A stretch of 64,000 nucleotides of DNA. Origin: Eubacteriales bacterium (lineage in GTDB: Bacteria > Bacillota > Clostridia > Oscillospirales > UBA644). Position numbers and translations under genes: made by a program. A model generated the notes under the pieces. The model ran no database searches. It was not told the DNA's origin and worked only from the letters and a program-made list of their open reading frames with translations. Location: positions 23,227-87,226 of the forward strand of contig JAZSMD010000067.1 in NCBI GenBank assembly GCA_045535665.1, in the 5' to 3' direction. Below are positions 7,889 through 16,142 of this stretch, piece by piece. Each line of letters opens with the position of its first letter. Position 1 is the first letter of the stretch.

Positions 7889-10800
7889 ATGACAGGAAAA
7901 TTTCACAGAGCAATTTCAGCTCTGCTTATGATCGCGATGTTATTTTCTTTAATATCATGCTCCCCCTCAGGATCCGAGGATAAGAGCATTGAAGTCAGCT
8001 CTGTAAACCTCAACATAACTGAATATTTCTTCACTGATATACATGACTATGTACAACTCAGTGCCGCTGTACATCCCGCAAATGCCGAAGACAAAACAAT
8101 AATCTGGCAATCAAGCGACCCTGAAGTTGCAACGGTGGATGCCATGGGAACAGTTCGCCCAATTAAGGACGGACAGGCACTTATAACCGCAAGATCCGCA
8201 ACGGGTACAGCCATAGCAGGCTGTGAGATACAGGTAGGGCTTATTTTCCCTGTGGGCGGCATAGTCATGAACACAAACCAATTAAATTTTGAAGACTTGA
8301 ATGACAAAGCACAACTGTCTTACACGATACTGCCCTCAAATGCTACGAATAAAAACGTAATATGGAGCACAAGCAACCCCGAAGTTGCAAATGTTGACAG
8401 CAACGGAACAGTAACTCTTGTGGGTGACGGTCAGACAACGATATCCGTTACCACCGAGGACGGAGGCTTCTCTGCAAGCTGTAATGTATCCGTAAACACA
8501 GTCGTGCCAATGGAAGACGTAAACTTTGACATTCCGTATTTCACCTTTAAAAACAGGGACGACGTACTCGTTCTGACTCCCATTTGGGAGCCTGCCGATA
8601 CTACGGAAAGAGGGCTTACATGGTCAAGCTCCAATCCCGAAGTTGCAACAGTTGATGAATCAACGGGTGTAGTAAAGGCATTAAAAAACGGTACTACCAC
8701 GATCAAAGCACTCACAGATAACGGTCTGAAAAATGCGCTGTGCAAGGTCACGGTTGATTTCCCCATAGACTGCACGGGAATCGCTGTTGGTATTTCCGAG
8801 TTAAAGCTTACGAAAAAAGCAGAGGAATACAAATTAAAAGCGACCGTTTTACCTGAAAACGCAACTGAAAAAGGCATAATTTATGAAACGTCAGCCCCTT
8901 CCGTAGTTGAAGTTTCGGAAAACGGTACAATAAAAGTTGTGGCAGACGGTGAAGCGGTAATTACCGCAACAACAAAAGACGGTGGATACAGAGCGACTGT
9001 AAAAGTCACCGTAGCTATCGAACCGCCCAAGCCCGAATCCATAACGTTTGAAAGATACTCATGCAAATTAACAAAAAAAGGTGAAACCTTTACCATAAAG
9101 CCAATTATTTACCCCGAAGACGCAGTAAATAAGGAATGCACCTTTGAAACAGACGACCCGACAATTGCAAAAGTCGATAAAAACGGTGTAATTACCGCTG
9201 TGAGTGACGGTATTGCCTTCATAACCGTAAAATCAAAGGAAGGCAACGCTGTTGAGATATTCTATGTAAATGTGGATATAGAATCCTCCACAACCTCAGG
9301 CGAAACTGTCAACCATGAGGGCGACCTTGTGGGCGCATGGGTTGCGACAGTTGGCAATATAGATTTCCCCTCAAAACCGGGACTTTCAGCCTCAGAATTA
9401 AAAGCGGAAATTGACGCCATAGTTGCTGACTGCAAATCCATGGGTATAAACGCAATATTCTTCCAGGTTCGTCCCGAAGCCGATGCGTTGTATTATTCGG
9501 ATATTTTCCCATCTTCTGCCCATGTTGTATTAAAACAGGGTCAGGAATTACCCCTTGACTGTCTTGCATACTTCATAAAGGCGGCTCATGCGGAAAATAT
9601 AGAGCTTCACGCATGGATAAACCCATACAGAATTTCCCAAGTGGGAAGCTTTGGCACAGACTTAACAAAGCTTGCGGCAAATCATCCTGCAAGACTGCAC
9701 CCCGAATGGGTAGTAAAACACACCGACGGAGCGATGTACTTTAATCCGGGCATTCCCGAAGTACGACAGCTGATAGTTGACGGTGTTATGGAAATAGTAC
9801 GCAATTATGATGTGGACGGCATACACTTTGATGACTATTTTTACCCCGACCAGGACAGACTTAAATTCAAAGACAGCGAAACATACAATAAATACAAGCA
9901 GGAAGGTCAATCTCTTGAAGATTGGCGCAGAAGCAACAACGATGCCCTTATCTTACAGGTTAACTCTGCAATAAAATCTGCAAGATCCGATATAGATTTC
10001 GGAGTAAGCCCATGCGGTGTTTGGGCATTGAAATCAAACCACCCCAACGGAACGGATATAAAGAGTTCCATGGAAGCATATTATCAGGTCTATGCAGACA
10101 CGAGAAAATGGGTACTGAACGAATGGATAGACTATATCTGCCCCCAGGTATACTGGGAAATAAACCATTCAACAGCACCATTCAAGCCCATTGTGGAATG
10201 GTGGAATACTCTTGTGTCAGAGGTGAACGTTGACCTTTATATCGGAATTGCCGCATACAGAGGCACATCAGCCACGGCATACAAGGACCCCAAGGAGATC
10301 CAAAATCAGCTTGAATACCTTGACAAAATGAAATATGTGGACGGTGCAATATTCTTCTCGTATCAGAATCTGAAAAAGAATACCGCAGGTGTAAAGGATA
10401 CAGTTACAAAAAAATACGGAAGCGGCTCCACATCAACAATAGAACCCATAGAGCCTTCCGAACCCGTTGTGGGTGACTCCACAGATATAGTACTTGCATA
10501 TTCGACCTACACCGTAAGCAACGATACTGAGAACCACTTCATCATAGGTGTTGCAGACCCCAATTATCCGCTCTATGTAAACGGAGTTGAGGTTACTGAC
10601 AGGACACCGAAAGGTTATTTCAGCTATTATATAAAAGGGTTGGATGTGGGTAAAAACGAGTATATCGTAACCCAGAACGAAAACTCCAAAACTTTCACAG
10701 TAACACGTTCAGAAAAATCTCAATCATCAAATACGATGTCGGAATTCGGCTTTATAAACAACTCCTTTTCGCCCCTTAACGATTACGCAAATGTTTCAGG

Positions 10801-12157
10801 CTCAAAGCTGACTGTATCATGTACTGCAACAGCAGGAGCGAAGGTGTACGCAACAATAGGAGACTATACAGTTCAACTTTCAACCTCAACGTCTGCCTCA
10901 ACTGACGGAACTTTCAAAAAAGCAAGTTATTCGGGAACATTTATTCTTCCCGAAGTTGACGGAAATGCGGAAATAGGCAAAGTCACCTTCTATGCAGAAA
11001 AAGAAGGTCAGAAAACAGTCGTTAAAGAACTTGGTAATATTGTTGAGGTAATAAATGATCCCGATAATTACACCGTAACCGTTACTAAGAATCTTTGTGA
11101 CCTTATGGGCTCGTTGGACGATGACCCCGACGAATACTATATGGCTACACTTGGCTCAATTGACGGAGTAGTTGCAAAATGGGGCGGAAACACAAAGCTT
11201 AAAAGTGGAAATTTCATTGCAAACGGCAACGTGGAAAAGCTCGAAGGCAAGTTGGAAAACGCAATTATACCGATGATGACATCATCCCAATCCGGTGACG
11301 GAAAATATACGGAAATTGCCTTTATCACAACCTTCCAAATGCTCCCCAGAGTTTGGATGTACGATGACAGGACGGAGATAGTTCTTTACAACGTGGACAT
11401 TTTCCCTGAAAATATCACAATTAACGAAAATCCGCTGTTTTCAAGTGTTTCCTATAAAAAAAGCGGTTCAACAGTAACCGTGACACTGAACCACAAAGAA
11501 TCAATGCATATTTTCGGATATAAGCCTGAATTCAAAAACGGACAGCTTGTTATCGGATTCAAAAATCCGATCTCATTAAAAGCAGGAGACAAGCCCCTTA
11601 CGGGAATCAGAATTTCCGTAGACCCTGGACACAGCCTTAACGGTGGTGCAGTAGGTCCTTGGGGAACTGTAAAATGGACAGAAGCTGATTGGAACTACGA
11701 ATTATCAGTACTTGTTGAACAAAAGCTCAAAGACCTTGGCGCAACGACTTATCTGACTCACCACAGAGAGTTGATTCACGACCTTGACCCCATAATTGAG
11801 CAATACCGCGCATGGGGTCCCGATATGAATATTTCAATTCACTATAACTATGTTCCCGATTACGCAGATCCTGCAGCGATCAAAGGCTCAGAAACCTACT
11901 ACTCATTCAGCAGCAGTAAGCTTTTGGCTAAAACAGTGCTTGATAAATTCTGTGAAGGAACAGGTTTCTACAACCGAGGACACAAGCCCGGCTATTACAA
12001 GGTTTCCCGATTTGTAGACTTCCCTTCAATTCTCTTTGAAACTGCGTTCATAAGCAATATTGAAGAATATGAATGGTTCACTTATAAAGAGAACATGGAA
12101 AAAGCCGCGCAGTCAATCGTTGACGGAATAGTGGAATTCTACAGGATACAAAGTTAA
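7889..12157 (+). CDS. multidomain surface lipoprotein: Big_2 repeats + GHL10 (YngK-like glycosyl-hydrolase-like) domain + N-acetylmuramoyl-L-alanine amidase (Amidase_3)
   Basis: 1422 aa. It has a signal peptide with lipobox LISC. Five to six repeats of the Big_2 pattern (SSNPEVATVD..NGxVTAVxxGxAxITA) span aa ~35-455. The central AWVATVGNIDFPS...GINAIFFQVRP...HAWINPYR segment is typical of GHL10/DUF-type TIM barrels. The C-terminal 180 aa starting RISVDPGHSLNGGAVG (nt ~11609) is Amidase_3-like. Confidence 0.8.
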   Translation: MTGKFHRAISALLMIAMLFSLISCSPSGSEDKSIEVSSVNLNITEYFFTDIHDYVQLSAAVHPANAEDKTIIWQSSDPEVATVDAMGTVRPIKDGQALITARSATGTAIAGCEIQVGLIFPVGGIVMNTNQLNFEDLNDKAQLSYTILPSNATNKNVIWSTSNPEVANVDSNGTVTLVGDGQTTISVTTEDGGFSASCNVSVNTVVPMEDVNFDIPYFTFKNRDDVLVLTPIWEPADTTERGLTWSSSNPEVATVDESTGVVKALKNGTTTIKALTDNGLKNALCKVTVDFPIDCTGIAVGISELKLTKKAEEYKLKATVLPENATEKGIIYETSAPSVVEVSENGTIKVVADGEAVITATTKDGGYRATVKVTVAIEPPKPESITFERYSCKLTKKGETFTIKPIIYPEDAVNKECTFETDDPTIAKVDKNGVITAVSDGIAFITVKSKEGNAVEIFYVNVDIESSTTSGETVNHEGDLVGAWVATVGNIDFPSKPGLSASELKAEIDAIVADCKSMGINAIFFQVRPEADALYYSDIFPSSAHVVLKQGQELPLDCLAYFIKAAHAENIELHAWINPYRISQVGSFGTDLTKLAANHPARLHPEWVVKHTDGAMYFNPGIPEVRQLIVDGVMEIVRNYDVDGIHFDDYFYPDQDRLKFKDSETYNKYKQEGQSLEDWRRSNNDALILQVNSAIKSARSDIDFGVSPCGVWALKSNHPNGTDIKSSMEAYYQVYADTRKWVLNEWIDYICPQVYWEINHSTAPFKPIVEWWNTLVSEVNVDLYIGIAAYRGTSATAYKDPKEIQNQLEYLDKMKYVDGAIFFSYQNLKKNTAGVKDTVTKKYGSGSTSTIEPIEPSEPVVGDSTDIVLAYSTYTVSNDTENHFIIGVADPNYPLYVNGVEVTDRTPKGYFSYYIKGLDVGKNEYIVTQNENSKTFTVTRSEKSQSSNTMSEFGFINNSFSPLNDYANVSGSKLTVSCTATAGAKVYATIGDYTVQLSTSTSASTDGTFKKASYSGTFILPEVDGNAEIGKVTFYAEKEGQKTVVKELGNIVEVINDPDNYTVTVTKNLCDLMGSLDDDPDEYYMATLGSIDGVVAKWGGNTKLKSGNFIANGNVEKLEGKLENAIIPMMTSSQSGDGKYTEIAFITTFQMLPRVWMYDDRTEIVLYNVDIFPENITINENPLFSSVSYKKSGSTVTVTLNHKESMHIFGYKPEFKNGQLVIGFKNPISLKAGDKPLTGIRISVDPGHSLNGGAVGPWGTVKWTEADWNYELSVLVEQKLKDLGATTYLTHHRELIHDLDPIIEQYRAWGPDMNISIHYNYVPDYADPAAIKGSETYYSFSSSKLLAKTVLDKFCEGTGFYNRGHKPGYYKVSRFVDFPSILFETAFISNIEEYEWFTYKENMEKAAQSIVDGIVEFYRIQS

Positions 12158-12178
12158 ATATTAAGGAAAACAGTTAAC

Positions 12179-12232
12179 GGGGGGAGTTCTTTTCGTGTGA
12201 AAAGAACTCCCCCCGTACCCCCCAAGAAAAGC
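12179..12232 (+). repeat. hairpin-plus-tail intergenic repeat, copy B
   Basis: GGGGGGAGTTCTTTTC-GTGT-GAAAAGAACTCCCCCC is followed by GTA-CCCCCCAAGAAAAGC. It lies between convergent stop codons at 12157 and 12253. Confidence 0.75.
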
Positions 12233-12252
12233 AAGTTTGGGATGTTAAATAT

Positions 12253-12984
12253 TTAAGAATTTGTAAGGTCAAAATAGATATCTATAAAACTTTCCAATAT
12301 TTCCTTATCTATTCCGAAAAGACCTTCAGGAACATTTTCAAGCTGTTTTTTATATTCCGGGAAATTTTCCTCCGTGAAGTCACCTAAGGAAAGCTCCGTT
12401 TTCATATAGTAAATAAGCTCTGTCACAAGTCTTTCCGCACGAGAAACAGACGGCTCTTCAAGCCTGTAGCCCGTGCTGATAGGCGTAAATATCACGGACA
12501 TTGCCGAATCCACACTTGATTTAATTCCGCTTTCTTCCAATACTTTAAGGTTCTCCTCCGTATTATTATATAATCGGAAGAAATAGCTGAGTGCACTCAG
12601 TTTATATACGGGAGTCCTTGATGCAAGGAAGTCATCATTTCTGTATTCTAAAATGGCGTCCTGATACAAGTCAAAATTTTCAGGCTTGAATTCTGGAAGA
12701 GAGTACTTTAATGAAAGCTCAAGCAAAAAGCCTCTCAACATTTTTTTGATTTCCCTGAAAGCGATCTCCCTGTCATTGAACTGGCTGTATAATGTGATCA
12801 TCCTCTCTGCCGTTCTGTATTTAATTTCAGCACAGCCTCCACCTAAATCTTCCATAAATTCAGAGACTGTCAAGGGCTTATCATCGGGAGGAAGCCCCCA
12901 AGTAAACAATGCGTGAAAGATCATAATTACTGCCAATATCAAAGCAACAGCACTAAGTAATATTATTTTGATAGTCTTTTTCAT
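12253..12984 (-). CDS. hypothetical membrane-anchored protein
   Basis: 243 aa with a single N-terminal TM helix (IILLSAVALILAVIMIF). I recognise no motif. Its start lies 8 nt downstream of the FolT-like stop, so it is probably co-transcribed. Confidence 0.6.
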   Translation of the reverse strand: MKKTIKIILLSAVALILAVIMIFHALFTWGLPPDDKPLTVSEFMEDLGGGCAEIKYRTAERMITLYSQFNDREIAFREIKKMLRGFLLELSLKYSLPEFKPENFDLYQDAILEYRNDDFLASRTPVYKLSALSYFFRLYNNTEENLKVLEESGIKSSVDSAMSVIFTPISTGYRLEEPSVSRAERLVTELIYYMKTELSLGDFTEENFPEYKKQLENVPEGLFGIDKEILESFIDIYFDLTNS

Positions 12985-12992
12985 AATACAGT

Positions 12993-14081
12993 TTACACCA
13001 ATTTTTTAAGCCATTTTGCCTTTACAAGCAAATAATAAAGTAAGAACGAATAAAGCGGAGTTGAGAAGAGCACTGCTGTAGAAAGTCTTGGAAGCAGATA
13101 TGCCCAGAAGCCCACCGTGGACATTGCCAAGCTCAACCACAAAGAATTAAGAACAGATGCCGTAATTGCCGTAATTGCACAGAAAGCGGCAATTTTGAAT
13201 TTAAGAGGATCTGTCTGAAGAAGCACATAAACAAGAGCAAGAACGCAGATAGCCACACCGATATATGTGGTAAAACCGAATTTAATATCCAATTCAAATG
13301 CGTTTAAGCTTTTGGGAATCTGGAGCATCAAAGTTGAAAGACCAACCCCTGAGAAAATAAAGGAAGCAAGAGCTGAAACTATTGCAGCCGCATTTTTACG
13401 CTTATGGCTCAACACCAAAGCTCCAACGGCAAGGGGCAAAGCAAAAACATAGAAAGCTGAAAGCATTTCAAAGGAATCTGTAAGCTCATTCCAAGCATAA
13501 TATGTCTCATGGAGATTTTCTGTTCCGTAAAGGGACGTTATTTCCAAAAAGGCATTTTTATATTCCTTTGTTTTTGCAAAAATATTCCATATCGACAAGC
13601 TATGAGTATTTTCGCCAACGGTAACGGTTATAGCTGAAGTAACAACGGTTACAGCATATGTAATAACCGCGAAAATTGAAAACACATAATTTGTTTTTCT
13701 TTTAGGAAGATTTAAGGTTGCGGGTATAAGCAGCTCACCGCGGTTATCTGCGTTTATTCTGAGAATAAATCTACCGAAGATACCAGCCATCGCACCTGCA
13801 AGCATTGTTGTAAGCGTAATACCCCAAATCGGAGCACCTAATGGTACGAGTATTACTCCGAGAAGGTCCTGAACACCGCCAACAAGAGCCCCCCAAATGG
13901 GACCGTAAAGAATACCAGCCATAAAAATGGGAATATAGCTGACGTTGATCATCAGGCTTGTTGAACCGAAAAGCGGAATGTTGAGGCCCACGAATCTGTC
14001 AAGAATGAAACCGATTACCGCAAGAATTGCACAAACTGCAAGGGTCTTGACGTGACCTCTGATGTTTTTTTGTTTTTTCAT
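12993..14081 (-). CDS. folate-family ECF transporter S component (FolT-like) with large internal insertion
   Basis: 362 aa. The N-terminal ~110 aa (FMAGILYGPIWGALVGGVQDLLGVILVPLGAPIWGITL) and the C-terminal ~70 aa (LWLSLAMSTVGFWAYLLPRL) look like FolT. An AAGGAG RBS lies 8 nt upstream, and a THF riboswitch precedes the gene. Confidence 0.75.
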   Translation of the reverse strand: MKKQKNIRGHVKTLAVCAILAVIGFILDRFVGLNIPLFGSTSLMINVSYIPIFMAGILYGPIWGALVGGVQDLLGVILVPLGAPIWGITLTTMLAGAMAGIFGRFILRINADNRGELLIPATLNLPKRKTNYVFSIFAVITYAVTVVTSAITVTVGENTHSLSIWNIFAKTKEYKNAFLEITSLYGTENLHETYYAWNELTDSFEMLSAFYVFALPLAVGALVLSHKRKNAAAIVSALASFIFSGVGLSTLMLQIPKSLNAFELDIKFGFTTYIGVAICVLALVYVLLQTDPLKFKIAAFCAITAITASVLNSLWLSLAMSTVGFWAYLLPRLSTAVLFSTPLYSFLLYYLLVKAKWLKKLV

Positions 14082-14114
14082 TGTACTGTTTTCTCCTTCT
14101 TAATCCAAGCGTTT

Positions 14115-14147
14115 AATAAAAAACGCTCTGAAATAAATCAGAGCAGC
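14115..14147 (-). terminator. intrinsic terminator forming the expression platform of the THF riboswitch
   Basis: The minus strand reads GGCTGCTCTGATTTATTTCAGAGCGTTTTTT (stem GCTCTGA/TCAGAGC followed by a U-run). It lies between the aptamer and the RBS. Confidence 0.7.
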
Positions 14148-14208
14148 CGTACGAAATAAATTTGACTGACGGTTCAGAAAGTCCGAAACGTCATCCGAAT
14201 AAATTAAA

Positions 14209-14318
14209 CGAACAGCGGACGCAACATTACATCGCAAACCGAAGTTATTCGTCCGAGGGCGACTTCCCATCCCACGGCACTAAGCGGAAAACCGCAGCGC
14301 GTAATGTCTACTCTGTTG
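14209..14318 (-). promoter_or_regulatory. THF (tetrahydrofolate, folT motif) riboswitch aptamer
   Basis: The minus strand reads CAGAGUAGACAUUACGCG...UUAGUGCCGUGGGAUGGGAAGUCGCCCUCGGACGAA...GCGAUGUAAUGUUGCGUCCGCUGU. This matches the conserved AGAGUAG, GGGAUG, CGAA and GCAUCCGCU blocks as I recall them from the crystallised Eubacterium siraeum aptamer. P1 (ACAG/CUGU) and P2 (ACAUUAC/GUAAUGU) covary. Confidence 0.85.
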
Positions 14319-14338
14319 TAAACCTTTGTTACAGTCTT

Positions 14339-14367
14339 ATTTTAGCATATAATACTTATATTTGCAA
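14339..14367 (-). promoter_or_regulatory. sigma-A type promoter for the riboswitch-folT operon
   Basis: The minus strand reads TTGCAA, a 17-nt spacer ending TGC, then TAAAAT. The -10 ends about 20 nt upstream of the aptamer. Confidence 0.6.
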
Positions 14368-14431
14368 TAGGAAAAAGCAAATATTTGCCTTTTTGTAAAA
14401 AATACAGGTAAGATAAATTTTTAATATGTAC

Positions 14432-14470
14432 GGGGAAAACTTCTTTTCAGGTGAAAAGCATATTGGGTAT
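14432..14470 (+). repeat. degenerate copy of the hairpin repeat
   Basis: GGGGAAAACTTCTTTTCAGGTGAAAAGCATATTGGGT keeps the CTTTTC-NNNN-GAAAAG core and the 5' GGGG but has lost the outer stem. Confidence 0.35.
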
Positions 14471-14527
14471 AAAACTCAGTTTATCCAAATCAAAACTTAA
14501 TAATATTTGATTTTTCGCTCTTACATC

Positions 14528-14556
14528 TTGACATTTTCAGGAAAAAGGTGTATGCT
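14528..14556 (+). promoter_or_regulatory. sigma-A type promoter for the SSF-like transporter
   Basis: TTGACA, a 17-nt spacer, then TATGCT. It lies inside the 5' extension of the listed ORF, which supports the downstream ATG as the start. Confidence 0.45.
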
Positions 14557-14590
14557 ATATATAGGAAAATATTTTTTAACGGAGGCTCTC

Positions 14591-16078
14591 ATGCTCTGGA
14601 CTTCATGGTTACTTGTCGGCATCTATATTCTGATGCTTCTCCAGGCTTTTTTCAGCTATAAAAGAATAAATAACTCAAAAAATTTCATAAGCACAAACCG
14701 AAAAACTCCAAATAACTCCGCGGTAATATCAACACAAATGACTTCCTCTGCAATTCCTGTTTTCCTGATACTCCCTGTAATAGCAACAACAAGTGGAGGT
14801 CTTATCAAAGGAATAATTATTGCAGTTGCCGTTACCGTAGGAACTGTATCCTCATATCTGCTGATTGCGGAAAGAATGCGCATCTATTCCGAAATAACAG
14901 GAGACAACCATACAGTCCCGTCCTATATTTCTGCAAGATTCGGGGATTCATCTGGTTGGTTAAGAGCTTTTTCCGCATCAATAACCACAGTTTTCATGGT
15001 TTTGCTATCCGCGTTCACTCTTTCTGTCGTTGCCAATATTGCAGCTCAGACCTTCGGCTGGACTAAAGCCTCAGCAGCCATATTGATATGCGGTGCAAGT
15101 ATGGTAAACCTCTATCTGGGGGGAATAGCTTCTTCCATAGCTGCCGACAGGGTCCGCAGTTTGATCGTTTTGGGAACAGCAATTGCCATATTCGGTTTTA
15201 TCATTTTTGAACTGATAGTGGGAAACAACGACCACTCTTCCGTAAGAATGATACCACAGACGATACAGGGACAAAGTATATCGGGATTAAATATATTCTC
15301 CTGTATAGGAATGATATTCGGATGCTTCGGCTTCCCCACAGCAATCAAACGCTATCTCTTGATAAAAGAAAGAAAACCTAGAAAAAGATTCAGCTTTACG
15401 GCTCTTGTCTGGTGCTTGGTATGTTCCGCGGCAATGCTGTTTTTGATGTACATAATAACAGCTGAACCATCTGTAACAGAATTTCTCAAGGAATTCTTTA
15501 CAGAATTTGAAAATGGAAAAACCATAATTATATTCAACACCGTTATAGATTCACTTCTGTTCGTTTCGCTAATGATAGTACTCATGGCAATTACTGACGG
15601 AGCTATCCTTGCGGCAGCAACAACTTTCTCATCTGACATATTCAACCTATCCCTGACCCATGAAACGGACGAAAAAAAGAAACTCCTATCAAATAAAGTT
15701 ACTGTTATAATTGCAGGATTTGCGGCATTTATTCTGTCGTTGGGAGAAGAACCCATGCCGATAATGGAACCCTCATTCATCTGGGCAACAATGGGGGCTT
15801 GCTTTGGACCTGTAATCCTGTTCTCACTTTACTGTAGAAGACTTACCACAAAAGGAGCTGTTGCATCCATAACTTCAGGACTGCTGACAATACTTATATG
15901 GAAGTTTGTACTGTCCTCTTTGGGTGGGATCTTCATGCTTTACGAGATAATACCGGGCTTCATAATTTCAACTGTTACATTGTATGCAGTCTCATACCTC
16001 GACAGACAAAAACCGTCGCCAAGAATCCTCAACGAATTCGGCAGAATGACGGAAATGGTAAAAATGCAAAGAAAATAA
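14591..16078 (+). CDS. sodium:solute symporter (SSF) family-like transporter
   Basis: It is multi-TM, and TVPSYISARFGDSSGWLRAFSASITTVFMVL resembles the PutP/PanF TM-loop motif. The start is set at ATG 14591, 5 nt after a GGAGG RBS, rather than at TTG 14507. Confidence 0.5.
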   Translation: MLWTSWLLVGIYILMLLQAFFSYKRINNSKNFISTNRKTPNNSAVISTQMTSSAIPVFLILPVIATTSGGLIKGIIIAVAVTVGTVSSYLLIAERMRIYSEITGDNHTVPSYISARFGDSSGWLRAFSASITTVFMVLLSAFTLSVVANIAAQTFGWTKASAAILICGASMVNLYLGGIASSIAADRVRSLIVLGTAIAIFGFIIFELIVGNNDHSSVRMIPQTIQGQSISGLNIFSCIGMIFGCFGFPTAIKRYLLIKERKPRKRFSFTALVWCLVCSAAMLFLMYIITAEPSVTEFLKEFFTEFENGKTIIIFNTVIDSLLFVSLMIVLMAITDGAILAAATTFSSDIFNLSLTHETDEKKKLLSNKVTVIIAGFAAFILSLGEEPMPIMEPSFIWATMGACFGPVILFSLYCRRLTTKGAVASITSGLLTILIWKFVLSSLGGIFMLYEIIPGFIISTVTLYAVSYLDRQKPSPRILNEFGRMTEMVKMQRK

Positions 16079-16086
16079 TAAAATCA

Positions 16087-16129
16087 ATAGGATCGGCTTT
16101 TTGATATCTTTAAGCCGACCCTATTTTTT
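16087..16129. terminator. bidirectional terminator between convergent genes
   Basis: The stem ATAGGATCGGCT / AGCCGACCCTAT has one mismatch and is followed by TTTTTT. Confidence 0.6.
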
Positions 16130-16142
16130 CAGTTTTTTAAGG

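Noticed and set aside
14162-14398. 78-aa plus-strand ORF in the folT upstream region
   Set aside because: It overlaps the minus-strand THF riboswitch, its terminator and its promoter. It has no RBS, and its composition is not protein-like.
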